54,082 bases of DNA from Bigelowiella natans CCMP2755 (taxonomy: Eukaryota; Protista; Cercozoa), in NCBI GenBank assembly GCA_000320545.1, contig ADNK01000974.1, positions 1 to 54,082 on the forward strand, read 5' to 3'. The notes beneath the pieces were generated by a model. That model searched no databases. It was not told where the DNA came from and saw only the letters and a program-made list of their open reading frames with translations. The translations under genes were made by a program, and so were the position numbers. Shown here piece after piece: positions 12,070 through 25,300 of this stretch; position 1 is the stretch's first letter, and each line of letters opens with the position of its first letter.

Positions 12070-12205
12070 AAGTCAGTTCGAGGCACTGCGTTTCGCACAC
12101 TGCAAGTGTCTTGTTGCACTTTGGAAACGCAGTTCTTTGTCATTGTTCTCATTGTTCTCATTGTTCTTTGGAGGTGCAGTTTTTCATCATTGTTCATTGT
12201 TCATT
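12070..12205 (+). mobile_element. 5'-truncated copy of the LINE 3' end with (cattgttct)n tail
   Basis: ttcgaggcactgcgtttcgcacactgcaagtgtcttgttgcactttggaaa plus tail, homologous to 38610-38705. Confidence 0.65.
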
Positions 12206-13295
12206 GTCATCAACAGTGCAATCATCGTGAACATCAATGATCGTGACAACTGAAAGGCAGCACCGACAACCCCCATCGTTGAGGAAGACCTGGATTGCCT
12301 CAAAGTGGAGCGCAAGGGAGTGGGGCGAGGCAGGGGAAACGCACGCGCGAGAAGGTCACGTTGCGGGCAGCAGCAAAACCAGCGCAGGAAGAGGGTGTCC
12401 ACCAATTGGTGTCCACGCCGAGTCGCACTGCTGGACTGGTCGCTGTGCGAAAAAACTCCTGTGTCCTCGAGACGGACACCCGGAAAGGCGCCGTGAACAA
12501 CATCTCAACACACAACAGAAAACACTTTCACAAAGGGCACCGCGCGCATTGGTCCTGCGACGTTTCTGGGTTTGTCTAGTTGTGTCGTTCTCTGCGTGCC
12601 CCCGATGCGACGCTGCAGTCACACAAGAACACGTCAAAGGAGGATGCCTCGAAAATTGCGTTCGGTTGAGGTGCAGGTGCATGCTAGCATGGTGTGTCCA
12701 CTCTGGCTAGCTGGGCCCTGCTAGCCTGCTAGCCTGCCAGCCTGACGTTTCTGCCACTCCTGACAACACGATTCTGCCACTCCTGACAACAGTGACGCTT
12801 GAAACGTTGCAAATCTTCAACAACGCATCTTTGTTGAATTCGAATGATGCTGATCGCGTGGAAAACGCACAATTGAAAGAACACGTGAACGCAGCAAGGC
12901 TTGCAACTTGTTGTCTTTGCCACGTGCTCCATTGAAATGCATTGATCAAATCAATGAATTTGATTTGATTCATCACATCCGTCTCACATTGCATTGTGTC
13001 GCGTGCAATGGCATTGCTCGCATCGTGCGCACGCTGCATGACTCAGATTGCTTGTGATGCACATGCAGCTGTGCCTGGTCGGCAGATCGAAAGCACGTGT
13101 AATTGTGCACTCTTGTTTCCATCCAAGGTGAGCGACCAAAAACATGAAGAATTACGATGCGATAGCGGTAGCGCCACGCTCTACGTAGCTTGGGAAAAAT
13201 TTCAAACGACAAAAATGCAAATGAATGCGGAGCACGAACCTGCATGCATGCATTCCTAGATGTCATATGTTAATTGTTTACATACGCCCATGGCA

Positions 13296-16200
13296 TTAAC
13301 AAGACACGCTGATTTCCCCAGGCTCAGAGCTAAGCTCCGACGCCGAATCACTATCACCGAAATCGTCAACTTCACTGTTCGTAAGATGAAGAAAATCTCG
13401 CAAAGCACGCCCTCTTGCTTCTTTCATTAGGTTTGCCCTGCTCTCTGCCCATTTACCCTCATCTTTCACAAAACTCTGCCACTTTGATCCGCTCTGCTGC
13501 AGCGCTTTTAATTCGCCATCAGAGAGCCAGGTCATCTCACTGTCCTCCACCACGGAAGATGGATTCAAGCTGGCTGAAACATTACTGTTGCTGTTGCTGT
13601 TGCTATTGTTGCTTTTCTCCTCACGCACTCGCAGCTTTGTGGTTGGAAAGTGCACGAATTCGACATCGAACGTGGAATGGAAACGGTGCGCACGAAATAG
13701 CATTTTTCTCAACTCACTATCGTTTAGAACAGGTTGGTCGCTTATTCGAAGTATTCTCCATCCTATATGTACGCCATGCTTTTGTGATTGCGAGCCAGTC
13801 TCTACATCGACAACGCGACACTTATGAAATTTGAACCCGATCGTGTCACCGGATGCGAACGCCAACACTACACGCTGCGCACCGTTCTCCTGTGAATACT
13901 TCGATTTGACGATAGTGTTCCATCTCTCGTATATCCGCTTCCTGTTTTTGACATTTTTCTCGTCGTTTGTAAAGAAGTAAGCTGCACCGCAGAGAGGCCC
14001 AAGAAGAAGAAATTCTAGGAATACTATGGAAAATGATCTAAAGACAATATCGACGAAGAACATCCACAACGTATCAGCAACCCAATCTTTATTCTTTTCT
14101 TTCAACTCAAAACTGAGGTTGACGAGGATGAAACTACATCCAAGCACCGCTAGGCATGCGATTAAAACAGCGACACAATCGTTTCGAATCCAGATGTGCG
14201 TATTTTCCAGACTGGGGTCCGCATCCTTGCACAAGTTTTTCCTCCAACAAATGAGGCCGTCCTTTTCACCTTCCCTATCACCACTGACATTGCTGTTGCT
14301 GTCGCCAATATCTCGTAAGGTACGCACTGTGGTGATGTTTCTATCCATAGCCAGCGACGACATGTTCGCAGATCGGTATTGTTCAAATTGACGCATCCGC
14401 TTAAGAGAATGCCGCCTATTAGCCATCCTTCGCTCCTTTTCTAGTTGGATGCTCTTCTCCTCCGATTTCTTAGGACTACCCAAACTAGAAGAGCTGTGCG
14501 TGACCATTCCTGGAAGAGACTGCTGCTTGATCATGCCAATTCCACGAAAGGATGACTGCAGACTTGCCTGATGAGTGTTCTTCTTATCCATTCTCTTCTC
14601 CCTTTGGTTCTTTTTATTAATGATACTGTCACCTTGAGTTGCAATAATTCCTGCTCCAATGACCGCGCCCTCAGGATTTAAGGATAGCTGGGACCCGTGA
14701 AGAGTCATCAATCGAAGCCGATTGGCTTGATCTTCAACTTCTTCATTTGCATTATCGTCGTCGTCATCGTCGTCATCTTGCTCTTCATTCCTCTCCGCCT
14801 CCGCATCACCCTCATCATCCTCTATTTCAATCTCCTCATCCTCACCGCCATCGATCTCCCCGTCTCCCCCCATCTCCATATTGACCTGCAGGTCTCCGAG
14901 GAGAAGGAGAAGGCCAAAAAATGCCCAGGATAACCAACCAGCCGAAGCTGAGGCAATGTCATGAGTCACCATGAACGTTTGAGGCACAGGTCGGTGCAGA
15001 ATATATATCATCAGCATCGGTACAGGAAAGGACATCATCATGGAGACAATAGCGAGAGACGAACGAGAGGAGAGGAATAACAACTTTGCTTCCTGCTCAA
15101 GAAGAAGGGCGAGCACGGTCATCGAGTTGACCAGAAGAACCAGAAGGATTATCGTTCGCTTTGTGGAGGTCAAGTAGTCCCCGTTGTGGCGTAGCAGAAC
15201 CGCCGTCCACGTGTGCTTCTTCTTAAAGGCCCACTGCAAGCTAGTTTTATAGCTCTTCCAAGATCGATCGTTGACTAGACGAACTTCTGTCATCCAATTG
15301 TATTTGCGCCAATAATCGCGAGATGCCTTTGCGCTTCCTTTGAGGTACAACCAGCGGTCGTAGTAGAATGCACATAGAATGCCCACAGTAAAAATGCCGA
15401 TGAGACAGACAAGGAAGAGTGTGAGGGGGTTTGAGAGCGAGTACGCTTCCTGGTTCCTCACGGTATCTCCACTGAACGTATTTATGCTTATTCTGAACGT
15501 TGTTAGATGACGGGAATGGCACTCAGCTCTACCCTCCGACGGCCGCGTTTCATTCGTCATATTAGCTAAGAACACTCCATCTGTTTGCCAGCGCCTGGCG
15601 CTCACAGACCAATACTCGCAAGTAACCCCCCCCCCTGCGACGGGACTAAAAGAGGATCTGTAGTCAAATCCCTCTGCAGAACCCAACGGTATTTTCAGAG
15701 CAATTGGGTCTTGTGTATTGTTGACTACTAAGTCTTGGCCATTTTGCTGCAGCTCAATAGTCAGCTGAGAATGCAAACGCAGGGTTTCTTCTCCCGGCGA
15801 AGATGATAAGGACCCTGTGGAAGGATAAGGCCTCGATTTAAGCCACACGACCGATGCCCCGAGGATGGCAGAATTGTCATCGAGAGAGAAGCTCTCAGGC
15901 AGTGAAATTGATAGTTTTTGCTCTTGAGAAATAGATTGCAACTGCCCCTCGTCACCTGCTTCATCATCCAATGACTCTACAATAGTCGCGCCGGCAGCAT
16001 TCTCCGCTGCAAACTTCTGCGCCATCAGAACTGCCTTTGGTGTATACAGCTTAGCTGCAAGCTCACCGACGCCCACCGTCTTTGACAAGACATGCGTGGC
16101 GTTCACCAGCATTTGCTCGACCTTCTCCGCCACAGCTATGCGCTCTGTGTCAGAAACATTGCTTGGAAGCCGGGCGGCTGATATAGGGGCGGAAAAGTTT

Positions 16201-18461
16201 CGGATATCTCCTACTGAGTCGGCCACTCGAGAAGCAGTTACCGCCACAAGAGCTAGAGCCGAAGACCCCCCGTCCCCCTTTCTGCCCATTTCTACAACCA
16301 TCCTATCTAGGAGTCCGAGTATGTTCTCGCGGAGGTTAGAGGATAGAACCTCAGGCTTTTCCGGTGGAAAGTCGGTGATCTCGCTCAGCAATTCTAACGC
16401 GAAATTCGAGCCGTCAGCTACGGGCAATGACGGATCATCAGCTATATCTGCTGCAAAACTAAATAGATTATCTCTCACAGACGTATCTGTCGTCGAGCTT
16501 TCGTCGACCGAAGCCAGAGTTGCGCGGAAGTACAAACCGACGCGGATCATGTTTCCCATGGCCCTTGCCGCCTCCATCTCGCTCTGGAAGGCTGTAACAT
16601 TGCTGTGGATATTTTCAACACTCCCGTCTTTACCATCAACTAACGGGTGAAGGGCAGAGTCATTGTAGGTCACAGCAGCGCCTAACGCGTCCTGTACAAG
16701 AGCAACTACGATGAACCGCCTCGAATCCTCATTGGGAGCGAAGAGCAGCGTCGAAAAGTATGATTTCTGCTGGAATCTATTCAGAGGGAAGGATGGGTAT
16801 CGGCTCGCGTCGCGAAACTCAAATAGCAAAGGAACGTCTTCGTCCGCCCACTCGGAGCAGCCAAAACGAAACTTGGTGTGCATGCTCACCCCGCGACTTG
16901 GTGATACGGAACAGGTGCCAAGAGTGGGAGGAGCATTTACAACTACGTTCGCAACGGATTCTGCATAAGTTCCACTCGTCACATCCCTAACCACCAAGCG
17001 AAATTGATAGCTCTTCCCACTCGTCAGTGTGTGCGGCCGTAGTACTAACAACGTGCCGTTTGTGTCCTTGGTCAACAAAGTCTGGTCGTTCAGCATGGCG
17101 TTACTGCTCCACGCATAAGTGTATAGCGAGTCTGGAGAGAGAGAAACATTAGCGCTAAACGATAGCTTCATTCCAGGAGTAACTTTTTCTACGTCAGCAA
17201 GGAGTTTAGGCACTGTGCTGCGGATTATGGCTACTTTCGGTACCATTACCGAAACAATTCGTATGTATTGAATAGCTTTTGAAGTCCTAAAATTAGTGCT
17301 GTTGCCGCTGCCATAATTTGCAACTGCGTTGTTGTTGCTGGCCGATGACGAACGGCCCGAGGCGGGGAGGCATGAGACTGTCAAAGTTACGCGATACCTG
17401 CCGTACACCAATGTGCTTCGATTCACATAAGCGATCGATTCGTTGCTAATGATGGAGATGTTCCCTGTAGACGGGAGGACATTGCTGAAGTCGTCGGTGC
17501 GTTGGATAATCCAATGATATTGTGAAATAGGATATTGGGAGCCCGGGTCATGAGACTCTGATGCGTCTAGCCTCAAACCCTCGTCAAAATCGTCATCCGA
17601 GCCAATCAAATTTGGGACGTAGACGGTTCTCGCTAAGCTCCCATCTCCGATCTTCGCCACGATGCGCTCGTCCACAGCCTTCATAATGAATGTGTAGTTT
17701 ATGCCAATTTGCTTCACATCTGCGACGAACGTTTCGACACAGAGCTGCAACGCATAGATAGACCCCATCGTAAGCGTGTGACGTGGGATGCTCAGAAACA
17801 CCGAATTAGGGTTTGGTAGGCTCGGCGTGGTCTCTGTTGTCAACGGCGTGATGTGCTTGCGGTATTGATCGACAGAGGGATGGAGATACGTCGAATTTGG
17901 CCCCAAGAATGACCAACTTACTCGATTCACGGCCGAACTCTTAGAGACAGAACATGAAGGGTCATCGATTTCGGTGCGGAGAACGTTATCTCGGGAGGTT
18001 TTTATCTGGACATAGTCAGGGAAAAACGTTGTCACGATAGGCACATTCATCGGCGTGCGTACCACGACCGTTTCGGCGCTGTAGCTGTCGTTCAGCCAGT
18101 TTGTATATCGTACACTGAATGTGTGCGTACCCACGGTGAGATTGGAGCCTAACAAACTAAATCTCGATCTTTCCTGCATCTGCACAAACGCCCGCAGCGA
18201 CGAGGAAGCAGGGCCAAAGTACCTCCAATCAAAGGTCAAAGGCAGACCGAAAGCCCCTGTGGAGGTAGATGCATCGATGTCGATTTCGTCACAGGCACCA
18301 ACGGTCTGGGGAGCGATCAGCGTTGGGACGGGCTCAGGCGACAATGTTCTTGGACGTAAGAGTGGCTGTTGACTTTGGAAGTTGGCCATTCCTCCTCTAT
18401 CAAGCGTTACTGCTCCTTCGCGGAATACTACCATATCACCTGTAATGTACAGCGTACACAT
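13296..18461 (-). CDS. Terminal exon: REJ domain, GPS autoproteolysis motif, polycystin-type TM segments, acidic loop, PDZ-like domain
   Basis: 1721-aa ORF. REJ: LDASESHDP, VVNAPPTLGTCSVSP.RG..T.F.F.C.EW.DEDVPL. GPS: CEYW...WQTDGV...ECHSRHLTTF. Polycystin motif: KKHTWTAV..DYLTSTKRTIILL..NSM. PDZ-like: IGFKF..RVVDVETGSQSQKHGVHIGWRILRISDQPV. Confidence 0.9.
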   Translation of the reverse strand: MCTLYITGDMVVFREGAVTLDRGGMANFQSQQPLLRPRTLSPEPVPTLIAPQTVGACDEIDIDASTSTGAFGLPLTFDWRYFGPASSSLRAFVQMQERSRFSLLGSNLTVGTHTFSVRYTNWLNDSYSAETVVVRTPMNVPIVTTFFPDYVQIKTSRDNVLRTEIDDPSCSVSKSSAVNRVSWSFLGPNSTYLHPSVDQYRKHITPLTTETTPSLPNPNSVFLSIPRHTLTMGSIYALQLCVETFVADVKQIGINYTFIMKAVDERIVAKIGDGSLARTVYVPNLIGSDDDFDEGLRLDASESHDPGSQYPISQYHWIIQRTDDFSNVLPSTGNISIISNESIAYVNRSTLVYGRYRVTLTVSCLPASGRSSSASNNNAVANYGSGNSTNFRTSKAIQYIRIVSVMVPKVAIIRSTVPKLLADVEKVTPGMKLSFSANVSLSPDSLYTYAWSSNAMLNDQTLLTKDTNGTLLVLRPHTLTSGKSYQFRLVVRDVTSGTYAESVANVVVNAPPTLGTCSVSPSRGVSMHTKFRFGCSEWADEDVPLLFEFRDASRYPSFPLNRFQQKSYFSTLLFAPNEDSRRFIVVALVQDALGAAVTYNDSALHPLVDGKDGSVENIHSNVTAFQSEMEAARAMGNMIRVGLYFRATLASVDESSTTDTSVRDNLFSFAADIADDPSLPVADGSNFALELLSEITDFPPEKPEVLSSNLRENILGLLDRMVVEMGRKGDGGSSALALVAVTASRVADSVGDIRNFSAPISAARLPSNVSDTERIAVAEKVEQMLVNATHVLSKTVGVGELAAKLYTPKAVLMAQKFAAENAAGATIVESLDDEAGDEGQLQSISQEQKLSISLPESFSLDDNSAILGASVVWLKSRPYPSTGSLSSSPGEETLRLHSQLTIELQQNGQDLVVNNTQDPIALKIPLGSAEGFDYRSSFSPVAGGGVTCEYWSVSARRWQTDGVFLANMTNETRPSEGRAECHSRHLTTFRISINTFSGDTVRNQEAYSLSNPLTLFLVCLIGIFTVGILCAFYYDRWLYLKGSAKASRDYWRKYNWMTEVRLVNDRSWKSYKTSLQWAFKKKHTWTAVLLRHNGDYLTSTKRTIILLVLLVNSMTVLALLLEQEAKLLFLSSRSSLAIVSMMMSFPVPMLMIYILHRPVPQTFMVTHDIASASAGWLSWAFFGLLLLLGDLQVNMEMGGDGEIDGGEDEEIEIEDDEGDAEAERNEEQDDDDDDDDNANEEVEDQANRLRLMTLHGSQLSLNPEGAVIGAGIIATQGDSIINKKNQREKRMDKKNTHQASLQSSFRGIGMIKQQSLPGMVTHSSSSLGSPKKSEEKSIQLEKERRMANRRHSLKRMRQFEQYRSANMSSLAMDRNITTVRTLRDIGDSNSNVSGDREGEKDGLICWRKNLCKDADPSLENTHIWIRNDCVAVLIACLAVLGCSFILVNLSFELKEKNKDWVADTLWMFFVDIVFRSFSIVFLEFLLLGPLCGAAYFFTNDEKNVKNRKRIYERWNTIVKSKYSQENGAQRVVLAFASGDTIGFKFHKCRVVDVETGSQSQKHGVHIGWRILRISDQPVLNDSELRKMLFRAHRFHSTFDVEFVHFPTTKLRVREEKSNNSNSNSNSNVSASLNPSSVVEDSEMTWLSDGELKALQQSGSKWQSFVKDEGKWAESRANLMKEARGRALRDFLHLTNSEVDDFGDSDSASELSSEPGEISVSC

Positions 18462-18519
18462 GGGGTCATATTGTGTAAGATCTACATGGCGTGGTCGCCA
18501 TACAAGGCTGAGCTATTGC

Positions 18520-18587
<68 letters not shown>

Positions 18588-21500
18588 TAGCACCAACGTA
18601 ATATTACCAAGGCGAATGGTGAAACCTCTACTAAAATACACCCATAAGACGCTCGGAGTAGCCCAGATGCAAGTCGGGCGTGACCCTAAAAACGAGGCAA
18701 TGCCAACAATAACAACGACGTCATCACACCTCTCTCACATCGAAACAAACGAATACTATCATATAGCGTTTTCAAGAGGGGTGTGATTACAGATGAATAA
18801 CTATTTCTCAAATCAAGCTCGTAGAGACAGATTGCCTTTGAATGGAACAGTTAATCGCTGTTTGTAAAGGCATAATTATAAACAGATACTACCAAGCTTT
18901 CCCAGCGTTGCAGAAGATAAGAGCACCGCACAGTCCTCCGTAGGCGTGTTCGTTGGCCTGTGGAAGGTGAGTATTATGTACTGCAGCGTATCCGAGAGCC
19001 TCGCTTCGATGACCATTGGCGGTGTGAAGGTTGGAGCATTTGTGGAAGGGCTGCAAGTGGAAGGGCTGAACGAAGGGGCAAACGTCGTCGGGGAATTTGT
19101 AGCTGGAGACGTAGTCGAAGGACTCGTCGTTGTCGGCGTAGCAGTGTACTTCCATCTAGACGCAAGGAAGGCCCCACAGCCTCGACTGCCACCGTTGACA
19201 GCCCCTCCAAACACATGAAAGATGCCTTTCTCGAGTTCGCTGCGAATGGGGTCGGTGTAGCCTCCGCAATGCACATTCCCCCATGCAACGACGCTCCCGT
19301 CCGATTTTCTAGCCGCAAACGCGTAGTTAGTACCTGTGATCTCAACCACTTCTTGGCTTAGTGAAGAGGTCAAGTTCTTGCCATTGGCGGCGACGTCTCC
19401 CCCCGCTCCAGGGTCCCCCCACGCTAGAACCGCCCTCGTGCGGTTAGTCAGCACCGCGTAGGCCCAACCGCTCGTGGCTAAGGAAGCGATCTTCTCATCG
19501 TTTAAGCGAGTTTCAATGTGATCTGGTATGGAGCTCGCGGTGCCGTATCCCCACGCCACAAGCTTCGAAAAACCGTTCGTGATGGCAGCGAAGGAGACCG
19601 CTCCAGCCACGATCGTGTGCACACGCGTTGATGATAGGATTTTAGGCAGACCACCACCGTAATCCCTGTACCCCCATGCAGCGATTGTTCCGTCGAGGCG
19701 CTTTCCTGCGAACGACATGTCATTTGCCACGATTGAGTCGCGATCCACATGCCTGGCCGCCAGGAGCGTGCAGTATGTGTGATTAGCTGGGAGGTATGCA
19801 GGCACCGTGCCGGAGAACAAGGACGTCGATGGGGCTGTAATGGCGCTCACCGGTACCTTTTCACTAGAATGGGGCACTAGCACGCACTCACGGCTGTGCC
19901 CGTCGAAGAAAAAGCCGCCACACAGCACCGTCGAGTTGATACACCGCCTCCGACACTCGGCGAAGTTCATGTCTAGGTCCTGCCAGTCGGGGATTGGGCA
20001 AGCGCCGCGGATGCAAGTAAGCGCAGAGGGCGACAGTTCCTCAATGTTGTCATGGCAAGAAAACCGCACGCGACCCTCCTCTCCCGCGTCCTGGGCTCCC
20101 CAAGACACCACCGAGCCGTCAGAGAGCCATGCTGAAAACATCCCACTGTCTCCGTCATTACCTCTAGAAGTTGAAGCGAAGAGTGCTGCTGCTCGTCCGC
20201 TCGACCGCATTAACGCGTCTTTTAATGGAGGAATTTCGCCACCTGCGTTCTTGTCACCCCATGCAATCACCGTACCGTTGGGGAGAATGGCTGCAAAAGC
20301 TCGACGGGTCGCAGCCAACGCTTTGCCTCCTTCGTCCTCTCTTCGCACGACAACACCGTCAATTAGGCACTTCCCCTTTGCCTCGAAAGCAAGGCTCGCA
20401 GACGGGCCAACGGCAGCAAATTTGACGGAATGGGCGCTAAAGCCGGTGCTCCCAGTAATTGTTGATAGCAACGTACCGTTCACACGCACGCTGAGAGTGC
20501 AGGTCAGCAAGCCCAGAGTCGAATGAGCAGTCGCGGAAAGAAAATGGATAGCGTACGTTTTATTTGGCTTTAATCCCGTCAGGTTTTGCCTGACAAAGGC
20601 CCCAGTTCCGTTCAAAGAAAGGACTTGCTGGCCGGAACCCGAATCCAAGTCTCCTGTACCCACACCCCTCTGTAGGGCGACGAATGCGCCGTTTCCGCTC
20701 CAATACGCCGGAGCTGAGGGAGACGCTGCGACAGCTTTAGGCTGTTCGAAGTCTCCATTTAGAAAAGTTACCTCTCCCGACGACGGACGTGCACTGAGAG
20801 CGTAGCTCTTTTTCATCGCTTTATCGTGTGAGATTCTAAAATTCCGGACGGATCCACTAAGCATCAGCGCTCGGCTCGTGGCCGGGGAAGCATCTGCGCA
20901 CAGGTAATAGCCAACAGTCTTCGCCTTTGCGCTGCAAGACATTGGCGTCAACGTTCCTAGATTATTCAAGGTGAAGCAAAAACCGCCTTCATTGCTCACA
21001 CCGGTCGCCCCGTTGTTGTACAAGCGCAACTGCTCCGGATCTTCAATGGGTAGGAAGTTCACCGGAGACCCGTCTGTCCAGCGAAAGCTCCCCCCCTCCG
21101 TCATATTACCGATTAATCCCACCCACACGTGCATCACCTCCTCGTCATTGGTAGCCCGAAGGAGCCTATCTTTGATGTTAAGTAGCTCCTGCCGTGAATG
21201 GATAGAGACCAGCTTCATTCCCCAACGAGAGCCACACTCGGCCTCCCAGTACCCTTGCTGATTGTAATTATTTTGGCTAAGAATCGGGCATTGGAAGCTT
21301 GGCCTTTCCTGACAGCCCTCAGAGCTTAGAACTGCGCTCGTACTTCCAGCGCTATTCGTGCAAACAGGGTCAGGGACACCGTCTCCATCACAGTCACTGT
21401 ATATAGGAGGAGAGAGAGGGGGATTGCGACCGACCAATCAGGATAACATAGCACAGAGGGTTTGCCAATGAGAGGATTTAGAGTCAAGTGTAAATTATGC

Positions 21501-22009
21501 TAGCAATAGAGCAAAAGACGAATATGCGACAAAGAAATTTCTCCCTCTTGTACCTGTCCTCTTTATAGACTGATCCAGAAACAGAACACCAGCCTAGCGG
21601 CCTCGCACAGGCCTCTTTGCGGGCAGTCGGTTTATTGATGGGCATGAAAACGTACCGACGCCCTCCCCAAAACATGACGTTCGAAAGAGCATTCTCCTTC
21701 ACGGGTGCGCCATCACTCCATTGGAACGCCGCTGTTGATGGTTCTTGGAGGAAGGGAGATGTAACACCTGATGCGGCTGCAGTCGTGCTGCTTATCCCCG
21801 ATGGTGAGAATAACAGGATCTCCGAAATTTCGGAGATATGGCTGAGAACGTGAATTCTAATGCCTAAGGCAAGAATATGTCACATCAGAGGAAACGCGTG
21901 TTTAGTCGCTGGCTCTACGCATGTTCAAGAAGAGAGCAGATGTAGGTTGGCCTGCTGATGGAGATTCTATTGCGAGTGCGAGGGAGGCCGATACACATTC
22001 GTACACCAG

Positions 22010-22058
<49 letters not shown>

Positions 22059-22196
22059 CTCTTGCCGTACCTGTGCATTCGATAGCTTTGGGAAACTTGA
22101 AGAACAGGCGGCGTGTGGTACAACGAGAGAAGGAACCGATCTACGGTAGATTGTGTTAATTTTTGCTGTAGCGAATACATAAATTATCACGAATAC

Positions 22197-22250
<54 letters not shown>

Positions 22251-22907
22251 TACGTGTGTTTTCTGATTTCGAAATTTAGTTCATATTTCCATACACGTTG
22301 TATTTAACATCTCTCTCTCTCTTTCACGCATATTCTAACTGTGACTGCGTGGTACCGATGTCCAACCCGTCGTGGTGTGGTCAACGGTAGATGCGTTTGT
22401 ATACAAAACCACGTAGAACGCTCCAAGCCAACCCTTGATAGCAGTAATTGAATGCCACATATAAACAAACACAAACACATTACATAAAATTATAGTTGTA
22501 CATTTATACAAATGATGATGCTCATCAATGTGCAAGCAAGCACACTTTTGTTTTATTCATAGGTAAAGCAAATGGTTTTGAATCCCAATTCCTCGAAATC
22601 TCTCTCCCCCCTTGCCTTCTCACAATCTCCTCTCTCTCTCTCACTCTCTCCCTCTCTCTCATTCTCTTCGCCCTTACGTTAGTTGCGGATGAAATTCCCA
22701 TCCCTTTTATGGATCTACTCTTATTGAATGAAACTCCTACGAATGGATTTGTGCTCATGGGATTTGGACGCCAGCCATCAGACGAATCTCCTGAGAAATG
22801 CGATGTCAGACTCAGCCATGCCATCAGAGATATCCATATATAATACATACGAATATTCGTTGTGGATGTTTCCTGGTACCAATTCAAAATTTCTACATAC
22901 ACACATG

Positions 22908-22938
<31 letters not shown>

Positions 22939-23297
22939 GTAATTATATATATAATTTTTATAAATATGTACAATATATGTTTTCGCATAGAGATATCTTT
23001 CGAGCGAGAACTAGAGGAAGGTTGGTATCCTCCAGTAGTAGCAAGTATATGATGACCGTTGTTAATGGCAGTGTAGCAATACGGCCCCACGAGGTTTTGG
23101 TTGATCCCAGCGCCTAGTTCCGAGCACCCGCTTGCTGATCCTGAACCTAACACGCGAACAACCACAAAATGTAGTGCAGAAATGTTGTAAAAATATGCAC
23201 AAAGGACTCGACAAAAACAGAGCGTTCAGAGAGGGTGAACGTTATCGGGCGGAATCATGCAAATTATATATTTTATAAACTTAGAATATTATAAAAC

Positions 23298-23337
<40 letters not shown>

Positions 23338-25263
23338 AAATTGTACTAGAAGTTATGGTAGGGTGATATACATAGTTATGTGGCAACTCAAACACACAAA
23401 CACTACGCTCGTGAATATTATCCCAAAGAGGATTTCTGCTTCTATTTTTTTCCCTATGTTTTGTTGGTGTGCTCCTCACCAAAAGCCAAGCTATCGTAAT
23501 TCCGCGAGGCGACATTTGTATATTCTCGGAAAAAGTCCACAGTAACGCCTGGAAAGTACCGAAAAAGGAAAAATGGAAAAGTAGGTGATATTAGGTAATA
23601 TTCTTCTTTATGAGGACGAACTTACATTATACCCAACCCCACACTTCCCCCCCTCTACAACTCCTTCTCCCAACCATCTCTTTCACCAACCTTCAAGTCT
23701 CCCTGGTTTTCTCGTTGAGGTAGGAACATCAGCACAGAAAAACCAATGTCGGTTTGAGCAATCGACATTGTTCTTCATCACAAACTGCAAGCCTTTGTGC
23801 AAACGCTTGACTGTGCAGCATTTTCTATGTGCTGGAGCCGCTCCTCCGTCGTCTCCGTCAAAATCGCCGAAATCCCAAGGAGACCCATCGAAGTTACTAT
23901 TGTTTCACATATCGTATTTAGAAAATCAGCTTTCAACGCACAACTTCTACTAATAGCAGCAGCAACATCCACAGAAAACAACAGCATTTTTAACATTTCC
24001 TGGACACAAACATGCGAGATAAAAGGACTGCAATCAGCATAAGGTAAAACGCGGAATCAAATGAAAGCCAACCAGCCAAATATTTAAGCGTATATCAGCA
24101 CTGACCTGTATAGACTACCGTTCCAATGCCCCCCCATCCACATCCCGCTTACTACAAATGGGGACAACATAGGAAATTGTGAACAAAAGGGAGGATACGA
24201 CCGCGCAATATTAGTATTAATTTCAGTTGATTTTCTTTATTGTTTCGTAGGCAAATATGTCGTACACAGGCTCGCGCCCACAGGAATAATCCAAGTAACC
24301 ATATACTTCCTCATATATTCGTACACATTTGTTCGTTGCACTTACGGGTATCATTTTGAGGGAAAAGGACGTTGAGAGCATCGAACTCGGCCTGTGAATG
24401 GATAGATGCTAGTCTCATTGCGTACATCTGACAATACGTGTCAGCTTGAGACGTAGACAATTCTTTCTCGACAGCCATGAACCGCCTTTCATTTATAGTA
24501 GCTTCCCTATGGTTATAACCGCTAGTAGCGTCAGAATAAAGGCGGCTCGGGCAATTCCCGGAGTACGCAAGGGGGGGGGGGGGGAGGCTCTCCGGGCCTC
24601 CTTCCCTCTCGAGCAGGCTTATGACAACTGTTTCCAAGTCATTGCTTGCGAACACCCCCTCGAGCGGACGTGTTAGATTCTGAAGGACAATCGCCTCCCA
24701 TTGGATGGAAGAAGCAGAGCCCCGCGGCGAAACTGTATATATTCTCGTTGGTTCATTGTAGTAGACATAAAAGAACTTTTGGCAAGCTGCCGTTGCAGGT
24801 GAATCAATGAGGCCGCGGATGAAGTCTGATTTTACTGACAGGATCGTCCCATAGCACGTTTTCTCAAGCCTTACAGAATCTTTATAGTATTCGAATTGCA
24901 CTCGTCGCCCCAGCAAACGGCTCCTGTCAGCAGAGGGCGGAATACTTGCACATACATATCTTTTCCAATGACAGCCATAATCGTTCCAGACCGCCGATTG
25001 CGCGTCTATAACACTGCAGTCCTCGGCCCCGCCCCAATTATTAGGCTCACCCCATGCCCATGCGGTATAATCTGTTGGAGTTCCGTCCGTGTAGGCAAAT
25101 GTACCCTCGGATATGATGTCATTCAAGCCAAAATGCACAAGTTTATCCTGGTTAATCCCAAACAGAGCGTTTATGATGACGTTGAACTCTTCTGCTGAGT
25201 GAATAGAGAGGAGATGCATCCGAAACCTAGGGACCAGCGCCAGACGATACGAACGTACGAGCG

Positions 25264-25300
<37 letters not shown>

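Larger units (their letters stand above)
10860..13290. repeat. TpA-depleted degenerate repeat block 1 (nested repeat fragments)
   Basis: By eye there are only about 9 TA dinucleotides in 10970-13095, 7 of them in CTAG. The block holds internal tandem duplications and copies of a dispersed repeat, and its dense overlapping ORFs lack Tyr. Confidence 0.85.

Noticed and set aside
10924-13266. Many overlapping ORFs of 60-160 aa in block 1
   Set aside because: They have no recognisable domains and are explained by loss of TAA/TAG. A degenerate repetitive coding remnant at 11450-12060 (-) is possible but unidentifiable.
16096-20526. Long plus-strand ORFs (184 aa, 239 aa)
   Set aside because: They are antisense shadows of the long minus-strand coding exons.
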